Of a stretch of DNA of 64,000 nt, positions 33,901 through 46,952 are shown one piece after another. The DNA lies in contig QPGO01000066.1 of NCBI GenBank assembly GCA_008632985.1, positions 141,771-205,770 of the forward strand. Direction: 5' to 3'. The notes below the pieces were generated by a model. It was given only the letters and a program-made list of their open reading frames with translations, had not been told where the DNA came from and did no database searches. Position 1 is the stretch's first letter. Each line of letters begins with the position of its first letter. Source of the stretch: Psammoneis japonica. Lineage: Eukaryota. Both the position numbers and the translations under genes were made by a program.

Positions 33901-36900
33901 GGGGACTCTGAAGGCACTTCGCTCGGAGAGGATGAGGGAGATGCCGAAGGCGCACGGCTCGGAACACCACTGGGTGAAAGAGAAGGTGCGTCACTTGGGG
34001 CTCCAGATGGAGCCTTACTGGGTATGTCAGAAAACAAATCACTTGGAGCAGTCGAAGGTGTCATAGAGGGTAATCCGGAAGCTACATCAGACGGGTTTTC
34101 TGAGGGCACAATTGAAGGCGCCACCGATGGCACTACACTGGGCTCAATTGAAGGTGTTGAGGAAGGCACATCACTAGGAGCTTCACTAGGAAATGCAGAA
34201 GGCGTGCTTGAGGGAAAAGTAGAAGGTGTCAATGATGGCGCAATGCTCGGATCAGTCGATGGAATCGCCGACGGTACGTTACTGTGCGCATCACTCGGAA
34301 CAGATGACGGTGAGGTCGATGGAACCGATGATGGTGTCAGCGACGGAGCATCACTCGGTTGAGCGGATGGTCGATTCGATAGAACCTCACTTGGCGCAGC
34401 ACTCGGAGTCAAGGAAGGGACATTGCTCGGCTGAGTGGAGGGATTATTCGACGGAACTTTACTCGGCCTTGCACTGGGTTTCGAAGATGGCGCATCACTA
34501 GGCCCTGATGATGGGGGAGTCGATGGCACATCACTGGGAGAAGCGCTTGGAACTGAAGACGGAGTTGTTGAGGGCACTGTTGAAGGATGTAAGGATGGAG
34601 CATCGCTCGGTTCTGCGGATGGAGAGGAAGAAGGTACATCACTTGGACCAGAACTTGGCGTTAACGACGGCACATTGCTAGGTTGGGACGACGGACTTGT
34701 AGAAGGCACATCACTGGGGGCTGTACTCGGAACGGCGGATGGAACGGAAGAGGGTGCGGTGGAAGGAGTAAAAGATGGGAAATCGCTTGGCTCTGAAGAT
34801 GGAGGTTCGCTGGGAGTCGTACTCGGAGCCGTTGAAGGTGATGGAGAGGGCACTGTTGAAGGATTAAGTGATGGGACATCACTTGGTGCTGCTGAAGGTG
34901 ATGTTGAAGGCACATCACTTGGAGCAGCACTCGGGGTTGCAGATGGTGTCAGGGAAGGGAGCTCACTTGGCTCAGATGACGGCGTTGCTGATGGGACATC
35001 GCTAGGAATCATACTCGGAACCGTCGAAGGTGTTGAAGAGGGCAATGTCGAAGGTGTAAAAGAAGGCACTTCACTCGGTTCAGATGAAGGAGCAGTCGAT
35101 GGTGTCACACTCGGAGTTGCGCTTGGAATGGAAGATGGAATTGTTGATGGTGTGGCTGAAGGTGTAAGAGACGGGCCGTCACTTGGCTCGGATGACGGAG
35201 ATTTTGATGGCAAATCAGTGGGAGCCGCACTCGGCACTTCGGATGGCGTTGCAGAGGGTTCCGTTGACGGTGCCACGGAAGGGATATTACTCGGTGTGAC
35301 TGAAGGAGTTGCTGAAGGTACACTAGTGGGCGCCGCACTTGGGGTGCTTGAGGGCACAGCTGAAGGCGACAAAGACGGCTCATTGCTTGGCTCAGAGGAT
35401 GGAACAATCGAAGGTAGAGCACTGGGACTCAAACTCGTTACTGCGGATGGAGTTGTAGAGGGTGCCGCTGACGGAGTACGGGATGGGACCTTACTTGGCG
35501 TAAATGACGGAGCTGCTGAAGGGACCTCAGTAGGGGCTGCACTCGGATCCGTTGAAGGCACGGATGAGGGTGCCGTTGAAGTTGTCAAAGATGGCATAAA
35601 GCTAGGCTCAGCGGACGGAGTAGCCGATGGTGTGTCACTGGGATTCTCTATCGGAACTGCAGATGGCATTATGGAGGGTGCGGCTGACGTGGAAGGGGCA
35701 CTGGGTGAGATGGAAGGTAGATCACTAGGAACTTTGCTCGGTGAATCAGAAGGCAAATCACTTGGAGCCATCGAAGGTGCACCGCTGGGGCCTTTGGACA
35801 GTGACGACGTATTACTAGGAGCACCTGACAGCAACTCACTCGGGGTACCAGAAGGCGCCGCCGAGGGATCTGCCGAGGGCACATCACTTGGCGCAATCGA
35901 AGCTGATGATGACGGGTTGAAACTTGGGACCTCACTTGGAGCATCAGAAAGCGAAGTACTCGGAGCAACCGTTGGCACCAAGCTTGGCATATTGGAAGGC
36001 GGAGAAGAGGGGTGTGATGATGGCACATCGCTTGGTGCATAAGAGGGTATTTCCGAAGGCAAACCACTGGGAACACCAATCAAGACAGTCGAAGGTGATC
36101 CGGAAGGGGCATCACTGAGGCCTGTAGTTGGTGAAGATGAGGGCACTGAACTCGGGATAGTTGGCGCGATAGATGGCAATTGACTAGAAGCACCTGAAGG
36201 GATCTCGCTTGGTACACCAGAAGGCGGGGCCGAGGGCTCAGACGAGGGCAAAATACTTTGTGAAGTTGAAGGTGCTCCGGACGGAACATCGCTGGGGGGA
36301 GTCGAAAGTGACAATGATGGTAATTCACTCGGGATGTTGCTTGGCGCATCGGACCGTGAAGAACTGGGAGCAACTGATGGCACCCGACTTGGCACAGCAG
36401 ACGGAGCACCAGAAGGCTCGTCGCTGGGGTCTGAGCTAGGGGCTTCACTTGGTGTACCGCCCGAAGCAGAAGATGGTGCCGTCGAGGGAGCTGACGAAGG
36501 CACGAGTCCTGTTGGCGATTGACTGGACACAACAGAAGGAGCGTCGGACGGCGCAATAGATGAAGTCGATGTCGGCACGTCACTGGGAACCCCGGATGGG
36601 GACAAAGACGGCGTGACACTAAATTCGCCTGTAGGAGATTGACTTGGTACAGATGATGGAGCTTCAGAAGGTTTGTCACTTTGCGAAGTCGAAGGTGATC
36701 CGGAAGGGGCATCACTGAGGCCTGTAGATGGTGAAGACGAGGGCACTGAACTCGAGATAGTTGGCGCGATAGACGGCAATTGACTAGAAGTACCTGAAGG
36801 GATCTCGCTTGGTACACCAGAAGGTGGGGCCGAGGGCAAAATACTTTGTGAAGTTGAAGGCGCTCCGGACGGAACATCGCTGGGAGGAGTCGAAAGTGAC

Positions 36901-39900
36901 AATGATGGCAATTCACTCGGGATGTCGCTTGGTGCATCGAACCGTGAAGAACTGGGAGCAACTGATGGCACCCGACTTGGCACAGCAGACGGAGCACCAG
37001 AAGGCTCGTCGCTGGGGTCTGAGCTAGGAGCTTCACTTGGTGTACCGCCCGAAGCAGGAGATGGTGCCGTCGAGGGAGCTGACGAAGGCACAAGTCCTGT
37101 TGGCGATTGACTAGACACAACAGAAGGAGCGTCGGACAGCGCAGTAGATGACGCAGATGTCGGCACGTCACTGGGAACCGCGGATGGGGACAAAGACGGC
37201 GCGACACTAAATTCGACTGTAGGAGATTGACTTGGTACAGATGATGGAGCTTCAGAAGGTTTGTCACTTTGCGAAGTCGAAGGTGATCCGGAAGGGGCAT
37301 CACTGAGGCCTCTAGTTGGTGAAGACGAGGGCACTGAACTCGGGATAGTTGGCGCGATAGATGGCAATTGACTAGAAGCACCTGAAGGGATCTCGCTTGG
37401 TACACCAGAAGGCGGGGACGAGGGCTCAGACGAGGGCAAAATACTTTGTGAAGTTGAAGGTTCTCCGGTCGGAACATTGCTGGGAGGAGTTGAAAGTGAC
37501 AGTGATGGCAATTCACTCGGGATGTTGCTTGGTGCATCGGACCGTGAAGAACTGGGAGCAACTGATGGCACCCGACTTGGCACAGCAGACGGAGCACTAG
37601 AAGGCTCGTCGCTGGGGTCTGAGCTAGGAGCTTCACTTGGTGCACCGCCCGAAGCAGAAGATGGTGCCGTCGAGGGAGCTGACGAAGGCACAAGTCCTGT
37701 TGGCGATTGACTAGACACAACAGAAGGAGCGTCGGACGGCGCAATAGATGACGCAGATGTCGGCACGTCACTGGGAACCGCGGATGGGGACAAAGACGGC
37801 GCGACACTAAATTCGACTGTAGGAGATTGACTTGGTACAGATGATGGAGCTTCAGAAGGTTTGTCACTTTGCGAAGTCGAAGGTGATCCGGAAGGGGCAT
37901 CACTGAGGCCTCTAGTTGGTGAAGACGAGGGCACTGAACTCGGGATAGTTGGCGCGATAGATGGCAATTGACTAGAAGCACCTGAAGGGATCTCGCTTGG
38001 TACACCAGAAGGCGGGGCCGAGGGCTCAGACGAGGGCAAAATACTTTGTGAAGTTGAAGGTTCTCCGGTCGGAACATTGCTGGGAGGAGTTGAAAGTGAC
38101 AGTGATGGCAATTCACTCGGGATGTTGCTTGGTGCATCGGACCGTGAAGAACTGGGAGCAACTGATGGCACCCGACTTGGCACAGCAGACGGAGCACCAG
38201 AAGGCTCGTCGCTGGGGTCTGAGCTAGGAGCTTCACTTGGTGTACCGCCCGAAGCAGAAGATGGTGCCGTCGAGGGAGCTGACGAAGGCACAAGTCCTGT
38301 TGGCGATTGACTGGGCGCAAACGAAGGAGCGTCGGACGGCGCAATAGATGAAGTCGATGTCGGCACGTCACTGGGAACCCCGGATGGGGACAAAGACGGC
38401 GCGACACTAAATTCGCCTGTAGGAGATTGACTTGGTACTGATGATGGAGCTTCAGAAGGTTTGTCACTTGGCGAAGTCGAAGGTGATCCGGAAGGGGCAT
38501 CACTGAGGCCTGTAGATGGTGAAGACGAGGGCACTGAACTCGAGATAGTTGGCGCGATAGACGGCAATTGACTAGAAGTACCTGAAGGGATCTCGCTTGG
38601 TACACCAGAAGGTGGGGCCGAGGGCAAAATACTTTGTGAAGTTGAAGGTGCTCCGGACGGAACATCGCTGGGAGGAGTTGAAAGTGACAATGATGGCAAT
38701 TCACTCGGGATGTCGCTTGGTGCATCGGACCGTGAAGAACTGGGAGCAACTGATGGCACCCGACTTGGCACAGCAGACGGAGCACCAGAAGGCTCGTCGC
38801 TGGGGTCTGAGCTAGGAGCTTCACTTGGTGTACCGCCTGAAGCAGAAGACGGTGCCGTCGAGGGAGCTGACGAAGGCACAAATCCTGTTGGCGATTGACT
38901 AGACCTAGCAGAAGGAGAGCCGGAGGGCGTAGTAGATGACGTCAATGTCGGCACGTCACTGGGAACCGCGGATGGAGAAAAAGACGGCGCGACACTAGAT
39001 TCGCCGGATGGAGAGTGACTTGGAACAGCAGACGGAGCACTAAAAGTTCCGTCACTGGGCGTTCCGCTTGGAGCTTCGCTTTGCGTACCGCTAGAATCAG
39101 ATGATGGAACTGCCGACGGTGCTGACGAAGGAACAGTTCCTGTGGGTGTCTGAGTTGGCGCATCAGAAGGAGCATCGGATGTCGTACTAGATGACGATGT
39201 CGGCACGACACTGGGAACCGCGGTTGGTTCGCCTGTCGGGGATTGACTTGGAACAGCAGAGCCAAAAATTCCGTCACTGGGCATTCCGCTCGGAGCTTCA
39301 CTTGGTACACCGCCCGAAACAGTTGATGGAGCCGTCGAGGGTGCTACCGAAGGCACAAGTCCCGTCGGTGTCAGAGTTGGTACAACAGAAGGAGCGTCGG
39401 ATGGCGCAGTAGATGGCACTGTTATCGGCACGTCACTGGGTACCGATGATGGGTGCACAGACGAAGCGACACTAGCTTCGCCGGAAGGAGATTGACTTGG
39501 GAATGCAGAAGAAGCATTCGAAGGTTCGGGGCTTGGAGCTCCACTCGGTTCGTCACCCGAAACCGTGGTTGGGATTGCCGAGGGAGCTGACACGGGCAGC
39601 GCTCCTGTTGGTGCAGAGCTAGGTACTTCAGTCAGTCCTGTTGGAGACCTAGATGGAACCGAAGAAGGCACGCCACCAGTGGTCGATGGAGACTCTGAGG
39701 CTGGTAAAAGTGGAGCAGGTAGGGTTGCCGACGTTGGATCAGGTGTCGGCGGTAGAGTTGGGTTCAGTGCTGGCGGCGGTGTCGCATTCGGTGACGGTGG
39801 TAGAGTTGGATTAGGAGATGACGGCGGTGTTGGATTAATGGTAGGTGGCGGTGTTGCTGGGGGTGTTGGAAATGGCGTTGGTGGTGGAGATGGATTCGGT

Positions 39901-42329
39901 GATGGAGGCGGAATGGGATTGAGTGTAGGAGGCGGAATAGGATTTTGTGACGGCGGTGGTGTGGGAGGCGTTGTTGGATTTGGTGTAGGAGGTGGAGATG
40001 GCTCCGGCGAAGGCGGTGGTGTCGGATTTATTATGGGAGGCGGAGTGGGTTGTGGTGATGGCAGTGGCGTGGGAGGCAATGTTGGATTTGGAGTCGGGGG
40101 CGGAGTTGGATTTGGAGTGGGTGGCGGAGTAGGATTTGGAGTCGGGGGCAGCGTTGGATCAGCTGTAGGTGGCGGAGTCGGATTCTGTGATGGCTGCAAA
40201 GTAGGCGGCAGACTTGGCTTTGGCGTTGGTGAGTTTGTGGGACTCCGCGTAGGTGAGTCTGTTGGTTTTGGCGTTGGAGCTGCAGTCGGTGGTGGCGTCT
40301 CTGGTGCTACCGGCGGCGGGGTGGGGGTCGCTGCGGGCGGAGACGTTGTTGGAGGCCCTGTGCTGGGCTCTCCAGGAGCCAATGTTGAACCTGCCGGTGC
40401 AGGACTATTTGGCTGTGATGTCGAGCTTGTACTCGGGGGCGAACTCGTTGGACTCGGGGGCGAAGTCGATGGAGGTCCACCTGGAGCCGGCGTAGAATCT
40501 GATGGTGGAGAATTATTTGGCTGCGGAGGCGCGGGCGAATTTGGTGAAGGTTCACCTGGAGTTGGCGTAGAGTCTGATGGTGGAAGACTGTTGGGCGGTG
40601 TCGTAGAGGGCGACGGCGGCAGCATATTCGTTGGAGTTTCGGCTGGAGCCGATGTCGAATCTGTCGGAAGACTGTTTGGCGGTGGTGTGGACGGGGGAGA
40701 CGTGGGATTCACTGGAGGATCGCCTGGAGTCGGTGTAGAGCCTGGAGTTGGTGCCACAGTACTTGACTGCGGTGTAGAGGGAGAAGATGAAGGAGAAGAA
40801 GACGGAGAAGACGAAGGAGAAGATGAGGGAGAAGACGAAGGAGAACTCGACGGCGAACTCGATGGGGCTGGCTGACTAGGGTTCTGGTCGGCCACTCTGA
40901 TGATTTCGGCTTCGACCCCGTTCGTATCAATCACATACAACTCTGAGATAGCTTGGAACTCGTCAAGTCCAAGTTCAAGGAACTTGAAATTCAGTTGTGG
41001 CATAAACTCGGAAGCAGAAAATGTCGTGGATCGTATTTCGAATTCTTCTTCAGTTCTCCTGTGAAGACCACCTTCGGGATCGGGAGAAGAATGCTTGCGT
41101 TCAAAAAGGTTTTTCTTCCCACTCCTAGCTTCGCTCGTTTTATTTTCGATTCCAGAGTTAAACATGGGTTCAATTGGAGAGCACCCATTGCAAAGAACAT
41201 CCGCTGTCCAATCTGTATCCATGAATGGAACTGTCCCGTCGCCACCTAGGAGCAGTTCATAGTTCACAAGCTGAACGTTGCTGATGCTACGCTCGAAAAT
41301 GTCTCTGCAGCCTCCAGAGAGGTTGTTGTAAGCTTCTTCAAACGTAGTTTCCACGAGCTCCTTTTCTTCAAGAGTAAATGGTCTCGTGAGTCCTTCGAGA
41401 AAGAGCGATAAGCGGCCTTGGTGCTGCGTTCGATTCAAGTCGCATTGCAAGCCTTCGAAACCGGTAGTATTAGCTGCTGCACTTTTTCTATTCTCGGATA
41501 CAACCACCCCCGACGAGACAGAGGCGGCGACAATAGCCGTTGTAGCTACCACTGACGCCACAACGGCACCTATTCCAACCCCCAAGCCTGTGGCCGTTGC
41601 TGCTCCGGCTGCAGCAGCCGCCGTCGCAGCTGCCGCGGTGGCAGTGTTTGCAGCGGCCTGTACCGCCATTTGTTGAGCGACAGCCTGCATGCTGCGGTTG
41701 TTGGGAAGAGCACAAGAAGGATACGCATGAGATGAATGTTAGCTCAAGTCATTCATAACAACGAACATATCATGTTGAAAAAACAGAACTTACACTGGCG
41801 GCACGGTACCAGCTCCTCCTCCGCCTCCTCCTTGTCCCTGTGGTGCAGCCGAGCTGGAGGGGTCTGTTTGAGCCATGCTGTCCACCTGACCTGCACCAGC
41901 ATCGTCGTCGTCGTCCGTCTGGTCGATGGACTTTTTCAACTTGGATGCTGCTAAGGCAACCGCTCCCAACCCAGCTACACCTGCACCGCCGAAAACGACT
42001 GCCTTTTTCATATCAAAGCCGTCTTTTTCTTCATCTTCTTCATCCTCCTCTTTATCGGTGTCATTCTCCTCCTCTTCGTTCGATTCATCGCTCAAATCGG
42101 GTTCGCTGTTGTCGTTGCTTCTGTTTCAAGGTTGCGTAGAATAAGAATGATCAAGACGGAATTTTAAGTTTTTGCGACACTCAATTGGGCATGGATGACA
42201 TATATGTGGAACTTACCCCTCAGAAATTCCCGATGCATCGTCGGAAGCTACATCGTCTGAACTCACGGCATCATCAGAACCTTCAGAGGAAACGTAGCTG
42301 CTCTCAGCGGATGGATGTTTGTCTTCCAT
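24912..42329 (-). CDS. Giant (~5,739 aa) mucin-like type II membrane/extracellular protein; exons 42329-42217, 42120-41794, 41691-24912
   Basis: Two in-phase GTAAGT...CAG introns join ORFs 42213-42404 and 41790-42095 to the 5592-aa ORF. Order: acidic N-terminus, TM segment ([24 protein letters not shown]), Cys-containing globular domain, Pro-rich stalk, >3,500 aa of xPSx repeats, three F5/8-type-C/discoidin-like domains (~28950-28410, ~28265-27710, ~27230-26690), PLAT-like domain (~26100-25690), C-terminal Cys-rich module. Confidence 0.88.
29050..33850 (-). repeat. Coding tandem array, 480-nt (160-aa) unit x ~10
   Basis: gga(a/t)aaccacttggag recurs at 29341, 29821, 30301, 30781, 31261, 31741, 32221, 32701, 33181 and 33661. 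Confidence 0.92.
36085..39000 (-). repeat. Coding tandem array, 588/600-nt (196/200-aa) unit x ~5
   Basis: gaaggtgatccggaaggggcatcactgagg at 36091, 36691, 37279, 37879 and 38479; units differ by a 12-nt SSEP indel. Confidence 0.9.
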
Positions 42330-42806
42330 GTTGATGATAAATGGTTTAGTACGGTATAAGTTCGTTGCGTTTGTTATTTGGTCTGTCAATAAAACCAATG
42401 TCACGGCTGTTGCAAGTCAAAGAAGGACGCTTTTATTGGTTCGTCTTTTTTGGCGGGAAGAGACCGGCGGTGCACGTCAGCCAATAAATCGAAATTTTGG
42501 TCGTCAATGATTTCAGTTCAAAAATGACCTTTAGACAAAAAAGACATTCTTACATAATGTTCAATGCAAGACACACGTAGACAATACATAATGTCATAAC
42601 AGAAATATTTGATTATTGGGAAGTCTTTGTATTTATCTTTCCTACGTAATCCGTTACTTCATTTAGATTCTAATCGTAAATTTTCAGCTAACACATAACA
42701 TCTGTGTCGGCAGTATCAATCTCTTTGTCCTATATTTGTCTGGTGCTCCTGCGTGGGTGGCGTGGGACAATCTGTGTTTTACAGCACTCACTTTTCTACG
42801 TAAGCA

Positions 42807-43814
42807 CCCACTAGCAACCCCTACGTGTGTTTCTACGCGTGCTCTCGTACTGATGTCGCCCTTTTCAGACGGCGTTTCGCTGAGTCCCCTGTCAACCTTT
42901 TGGCCCCTTCTACCATTGGTACACCCTTTTATCTCCATGATGTGCAATAATTTTCAGTGGAAAACGACTGGCGTCGACACTTCATGGTTCGTATGCTTGT
43001 TGTCTTATTTGGTAATTTTTTGCGGATTCGGTGCGATTTCTACACAGAATCCAGTGCAAGTTCTACGCGCTTCAGAAATGCATGTCGACAGTCATTACGT
43101 CTCCGATACGATCAACTTCCATCCTTGCCCGAAAGCCCCCAACAATTTCTTTTACTCCTGCTGGCTGCTCAAGTTCTTCACCTCATGTGGTGAAAGTGCT
43201 GTCCCTGTTGTGGCGCCTGCGAGTGTTCGCATGGACAAACCATCGGCACCATCTGACGACCGTCCATTTGCTGCGCGGATCGGCTTTTCCACGCAAGATT
43301 CAGTGTCAATTCTACGTGAGAATAACATTTCTTCCGACGACCTTCTCGTCACATCACCAAGACTTCCTGTTTCATCCTTGCAAGTCACGAACATCCCCTT
43401 TTCTGCTTGCTGGCCCACCAAGATCACCGTTCCGAGCAGTGAACTGCACATTGTTGTTCTGGTTCATGCAACTGTGAAATTCAATCAGTCTTTGTTGAAG
43501 ACAAGATTCTCCCTCAGAGGCAAAGATTTTCTCTCAGAGCATGCGCTGACTTTGAATTCTCTACTTAACTTGATTGTCCTTTGCTGTGGTGGTTTGGGTG
43601 CCTTGCATCCTCTCCGAAAGAAAGCAACAATCTCACTCTGGTGCAATTTTTCCTTGACCTTTTATCACTGGTGCGCGTCGCTGCAAAGCGGCACGTTGAC
43701 CGACTGATCGCATGACATTCTGCCGCACTCTCCTCGCAGGGTGCGCTGGAAGTGTGGGTCAGCCGGCGCCGGTGTTGCTGGGCAAAGGTGCAACAGCACT
43801 TAAAATTGGGTTTT
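42807..43814 (+). repeat. Left arm of a ~1-kb inverted repeat (partner 48899-49800)
   Basis: cccactagcaacccctacgtgtgtttctacgcgtgctctcgtactgatg...ggcaaaggtgcaacagcacttaaaattggg matches the reverse complement of 48899-49800. Confidence 0.85.
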
Positions 43815-45194
43815 GGTTTTTTGTGTTTTGCAACACTCTGCCCACCCACCTGCCGGCACATCACAGAAGTGCTGGGTTGTCTGCATGTCACAGCAAAAGA
43901 AAAAGTGTCACCCATCCACTGCATTGTGGCAGGGCCCCCTGCTTTGGGGTTTTTGATCGTCAAGGAAGTGGTCAGCCCAAGATGGAGGACGAAGACAAGG
44001 AAAAATCTTTGCACTAAGATTTGCGCAGTGTTCTGCGTAGAATGTGATGTCAGCTGTCCCGCTGCGCATGCATTTGGCGCGTGACATCCAGCAACATGCC
44101 GCACCATCACGACACGGAACTAACACAACTCATCGTGATGGCCATTGTCGAACAATGGACAATGCGGTTGGCCAGAGAAAGCTCAAGGAGCTCCTCGTTG
44201 ACAAGTGAAACTGTTCAATGTCTCTTCTCCCAACTTGAGCTGGCTGTGAACTTGATTGGAGACAACATGCTGGAAGAGAACATGGAAGCATCTTGTCTCT
44301 TTGTCCTCAAGAATGTGGTGCCCAACGGCGTCTGCCTTGCTCGTTGAATGCAGTGTGTTGAAGTGTGTCAGTGGCCACAGGCTCTGGACAAGTCATCGAC
44401 CGCTGGCAGCAGATGAAAGGATCATGTTGGTTGTTGCTGCGCAGCAAATCACGGCAGTTGATTTTTCCTCATCTGGTTTCCTCATCTTTCCTCATCTGAG
44501 GAAATTCAGGGTCGAGTGCCGATGTGCAATGTACAAACGTCAGCGCAACGCACATCTGACAAAAGTGTTTTTGCTGAAGGACATCAGCCACATCAGGCAA
44601 ATGACTTTTCACAACAATGGAACTCCATGCACTGGTCAGATTGACCAAATTGAGCAACTCATGGATTGACGTGTTCCAGCGCACGTGAACCAAATCGTGC
44701 ACAAAAACAACATTTGCGTGATTTTTGCGCGGTCCCTGACTTTTTCACCACCAAAAGCACAGATTCACATGAATGCACATGTTTTGCAACACTGACAAGA
44801 CTCGTGTGAGTGTTGCGATGTCATTGTGTCATTGTGCTGTCTGTGTTTTACATTGCGTTAAAAGATTTGTAACACAACGGATGATTTTCGGCGAAAACAT
44901 TGCCTTCATTTCGATGTCACCCAAACACATCTTTCTACGATGCCACTTGATGGGTTTTCCACCTGCAAAGAAATCTCAGCATGAATCCACCACTGACGCA
45001 CAATCAGCGCTGAGTCCACTGAGGAAGTTTGTGACACACATCCCATGAGGACTTGAGTGCCCCTCAAAAAACTGTTCAAATGTTCACACTCTAGAAGCCC
45101 ATTGCAGTCAATCCATCTGAGTGTTTCATGTGAAAATGCTCCACACACTAAAAGATGCATAAATTGTGTTCAAAATCGATTGTCGTTTTGTGCG

Positions 45195-46952
45195 TCACCT
45201 GGGACTGGAACACGTCGATTCTGGCTTCTCACTCACTCGCTCGCTCTGATGACACTCGGGGCAGGACAGCTCACCTTCCTTTCCTTTCATCTGGGAATGT
45301 TTGCCTCCTTTCATTTTGGATTTTCCTTTGAGCACGCGGTGCTTGCTGCCCTTGCTGCTCTTGCCACCCTTGGGGCTGTTGCTGCCACCGCTGTGGCTCT
45401 TGCTGCTGCTCTTGCCTTTGCCCATGTCGCTGGCCTTGCTGACAATTTCACAGACAGTGGTGGATCCACTGATTTCATTGGCCACCAACAGGACCAGACT
45501 CTTGATGGGGCTCTGGTCCTCTGGGATGAACTTTGTTCCTTTTGGGCCCAAATCACCGGAAGTTCCACCCTCCGTGATTTCTTTAGCGTCACCCACGAAG
45601 CTGCAATTGTTGATGCAATCAACAAAAAAATGATTGGGCAGGTGTTGTCACGTCGCAGACAATGACACCACCAATGCATTCAAGTCCAATGAAGGCACAG
45701 ATGCAACCGCAAACCTTGCCAATGGCCCAAAGCTTCTGGTTCTGGACCCTTCGCATCTGAGCGAGAGTCAAAACTTTCGTGTTCGCCATTGTCTGAGTTG
45801 AGCTTGGAAGGAAGAGCCATTGAAGTTTTTTGTTCAAACTCATCAGCAGAATCACACACTGACATGCCTTCCTTGTCACAAACAGAGAAGGGTCATCCAC
45901 CACAGCACATGATGTTGACACTCTCACCATCCGCATTGAGTCCATCAATCCTGGACATTTCAAGGAGTCCCAGCACTTTGTCTTTCTGCAGGGTTTCTGC
46001 ATCAGGGAAGACCTCTTTGTTTGATGCAAGGTTGCTGATGCACACTTCGTCCCAATCATGGGTGTCACCTTTGTTGGCTGCAGTGCAGCAGAGCTTCCCA
46101 TCTGCAGCTTCAAAGGCAGCAATGGTGTCGGGCATTTTCGCACCAAACAGGTTGGGAAGCACGCAGAATGCAATGGAGGAATCCTTGTCACTTGCATCAA
46201 GAGGAATCTTGGAATGATCTTGGAGGCCCATGGGGCAGATTTCCATGACCTCCTTCTCGGCAATGTTGATTTTGGTGACAGCATTGTTTTCCTAGAGTGC
46301 CACAAAGGCATGCTTTGAATCCGGGCTGATGGCAATGTGCTCCGGTTCAAAGTCTTTAGAAGCGGTCTTGTTCATGTCATCAAGCAGGCTGCAGGATCGG
46401 CAATTGCCGAATCAGCACCATCGGAGACATCAACAATTGCGGCAGATCCATCTGGGTCAGGGCTTGTGGGAACTTCATTGTTGTTAGCTGGCTCACCCTT
46501 GTTGGCTGTCAGAATGTGCTTGTGGTCAGGAGTGACTGTCAACATGTCTGGCAATGCACCTGCTGTGACAGCACCCATTTCAGACCACATCTTGTCTGTG
46601 TGCACGAAAAAGGCCACCATTCCTGGGTCGGTCACCTCCTCATTTTTATGGTGGAAGCTGCAGCTGCTCCACTCTCCAGCACAATTGCAGCCAAAGCAAC
46701 CTCACATCCAGAAGGAATGGTCAGAAAGGTCTTAAGAACCGGACTCATTGGATCTTCAATGTTGACCACATCAATGCGACCATCAAAGGCATTGGCAATG
46801 TGCGCCGACATGGTGCAGGGGTCGTGGTCAACAATCTCAGCCCCTTCCTCATCAAAAACCATGGTCTTGCAAGTGCCCAGCTGTTTGAGGGTGATGGCAG
46901 AGTGTGTTGCCAAGGGCATCAACACACTGGTGGCAAAGAAAGAGAAACACAT
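45195..46952 (-). pseudogene. Decayed choice-of-anchor I family (alkaline-phosphatase-like) secreted protein with a Lys/Ser/Gly-rich tail
   Basis: Motifs spread over broken frames: LGTCKT.VFDEEGAEIVDHDP, VTAGALPDMLTVTPD.KHILTANKGEP, MPDTIAAF...ANKGD, FDSRSDAKGPEPE, AFIGLECIGGVIVCDVT, GDLGPKG..FIP..QSP...LLVANEISGSTTVCEI, then GKGKSSSKS...GGKSSKGSK. Confidence 0.85.

Noticed and set aside
29050..39000. Regular repeats as a possible CRISPR array or satellite
   Set aside because: No unique spacers; units are in-frame multiples of 3 inside one ORF.
24920..40875. Long alternative-frame and antisense ORFs (e.g. 28907-33823, 36080-38881, 34435-36042, 39565-40875)
   Set aside because: Shadows of the repetitive Pro/Ser coding frame of the giant gene.
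42736..43707. 323-aa plus-strand ORF
   Set aside because: Non-ATG start, no motif, and it lies within the inverted-repeat arm and TA-poor zone.
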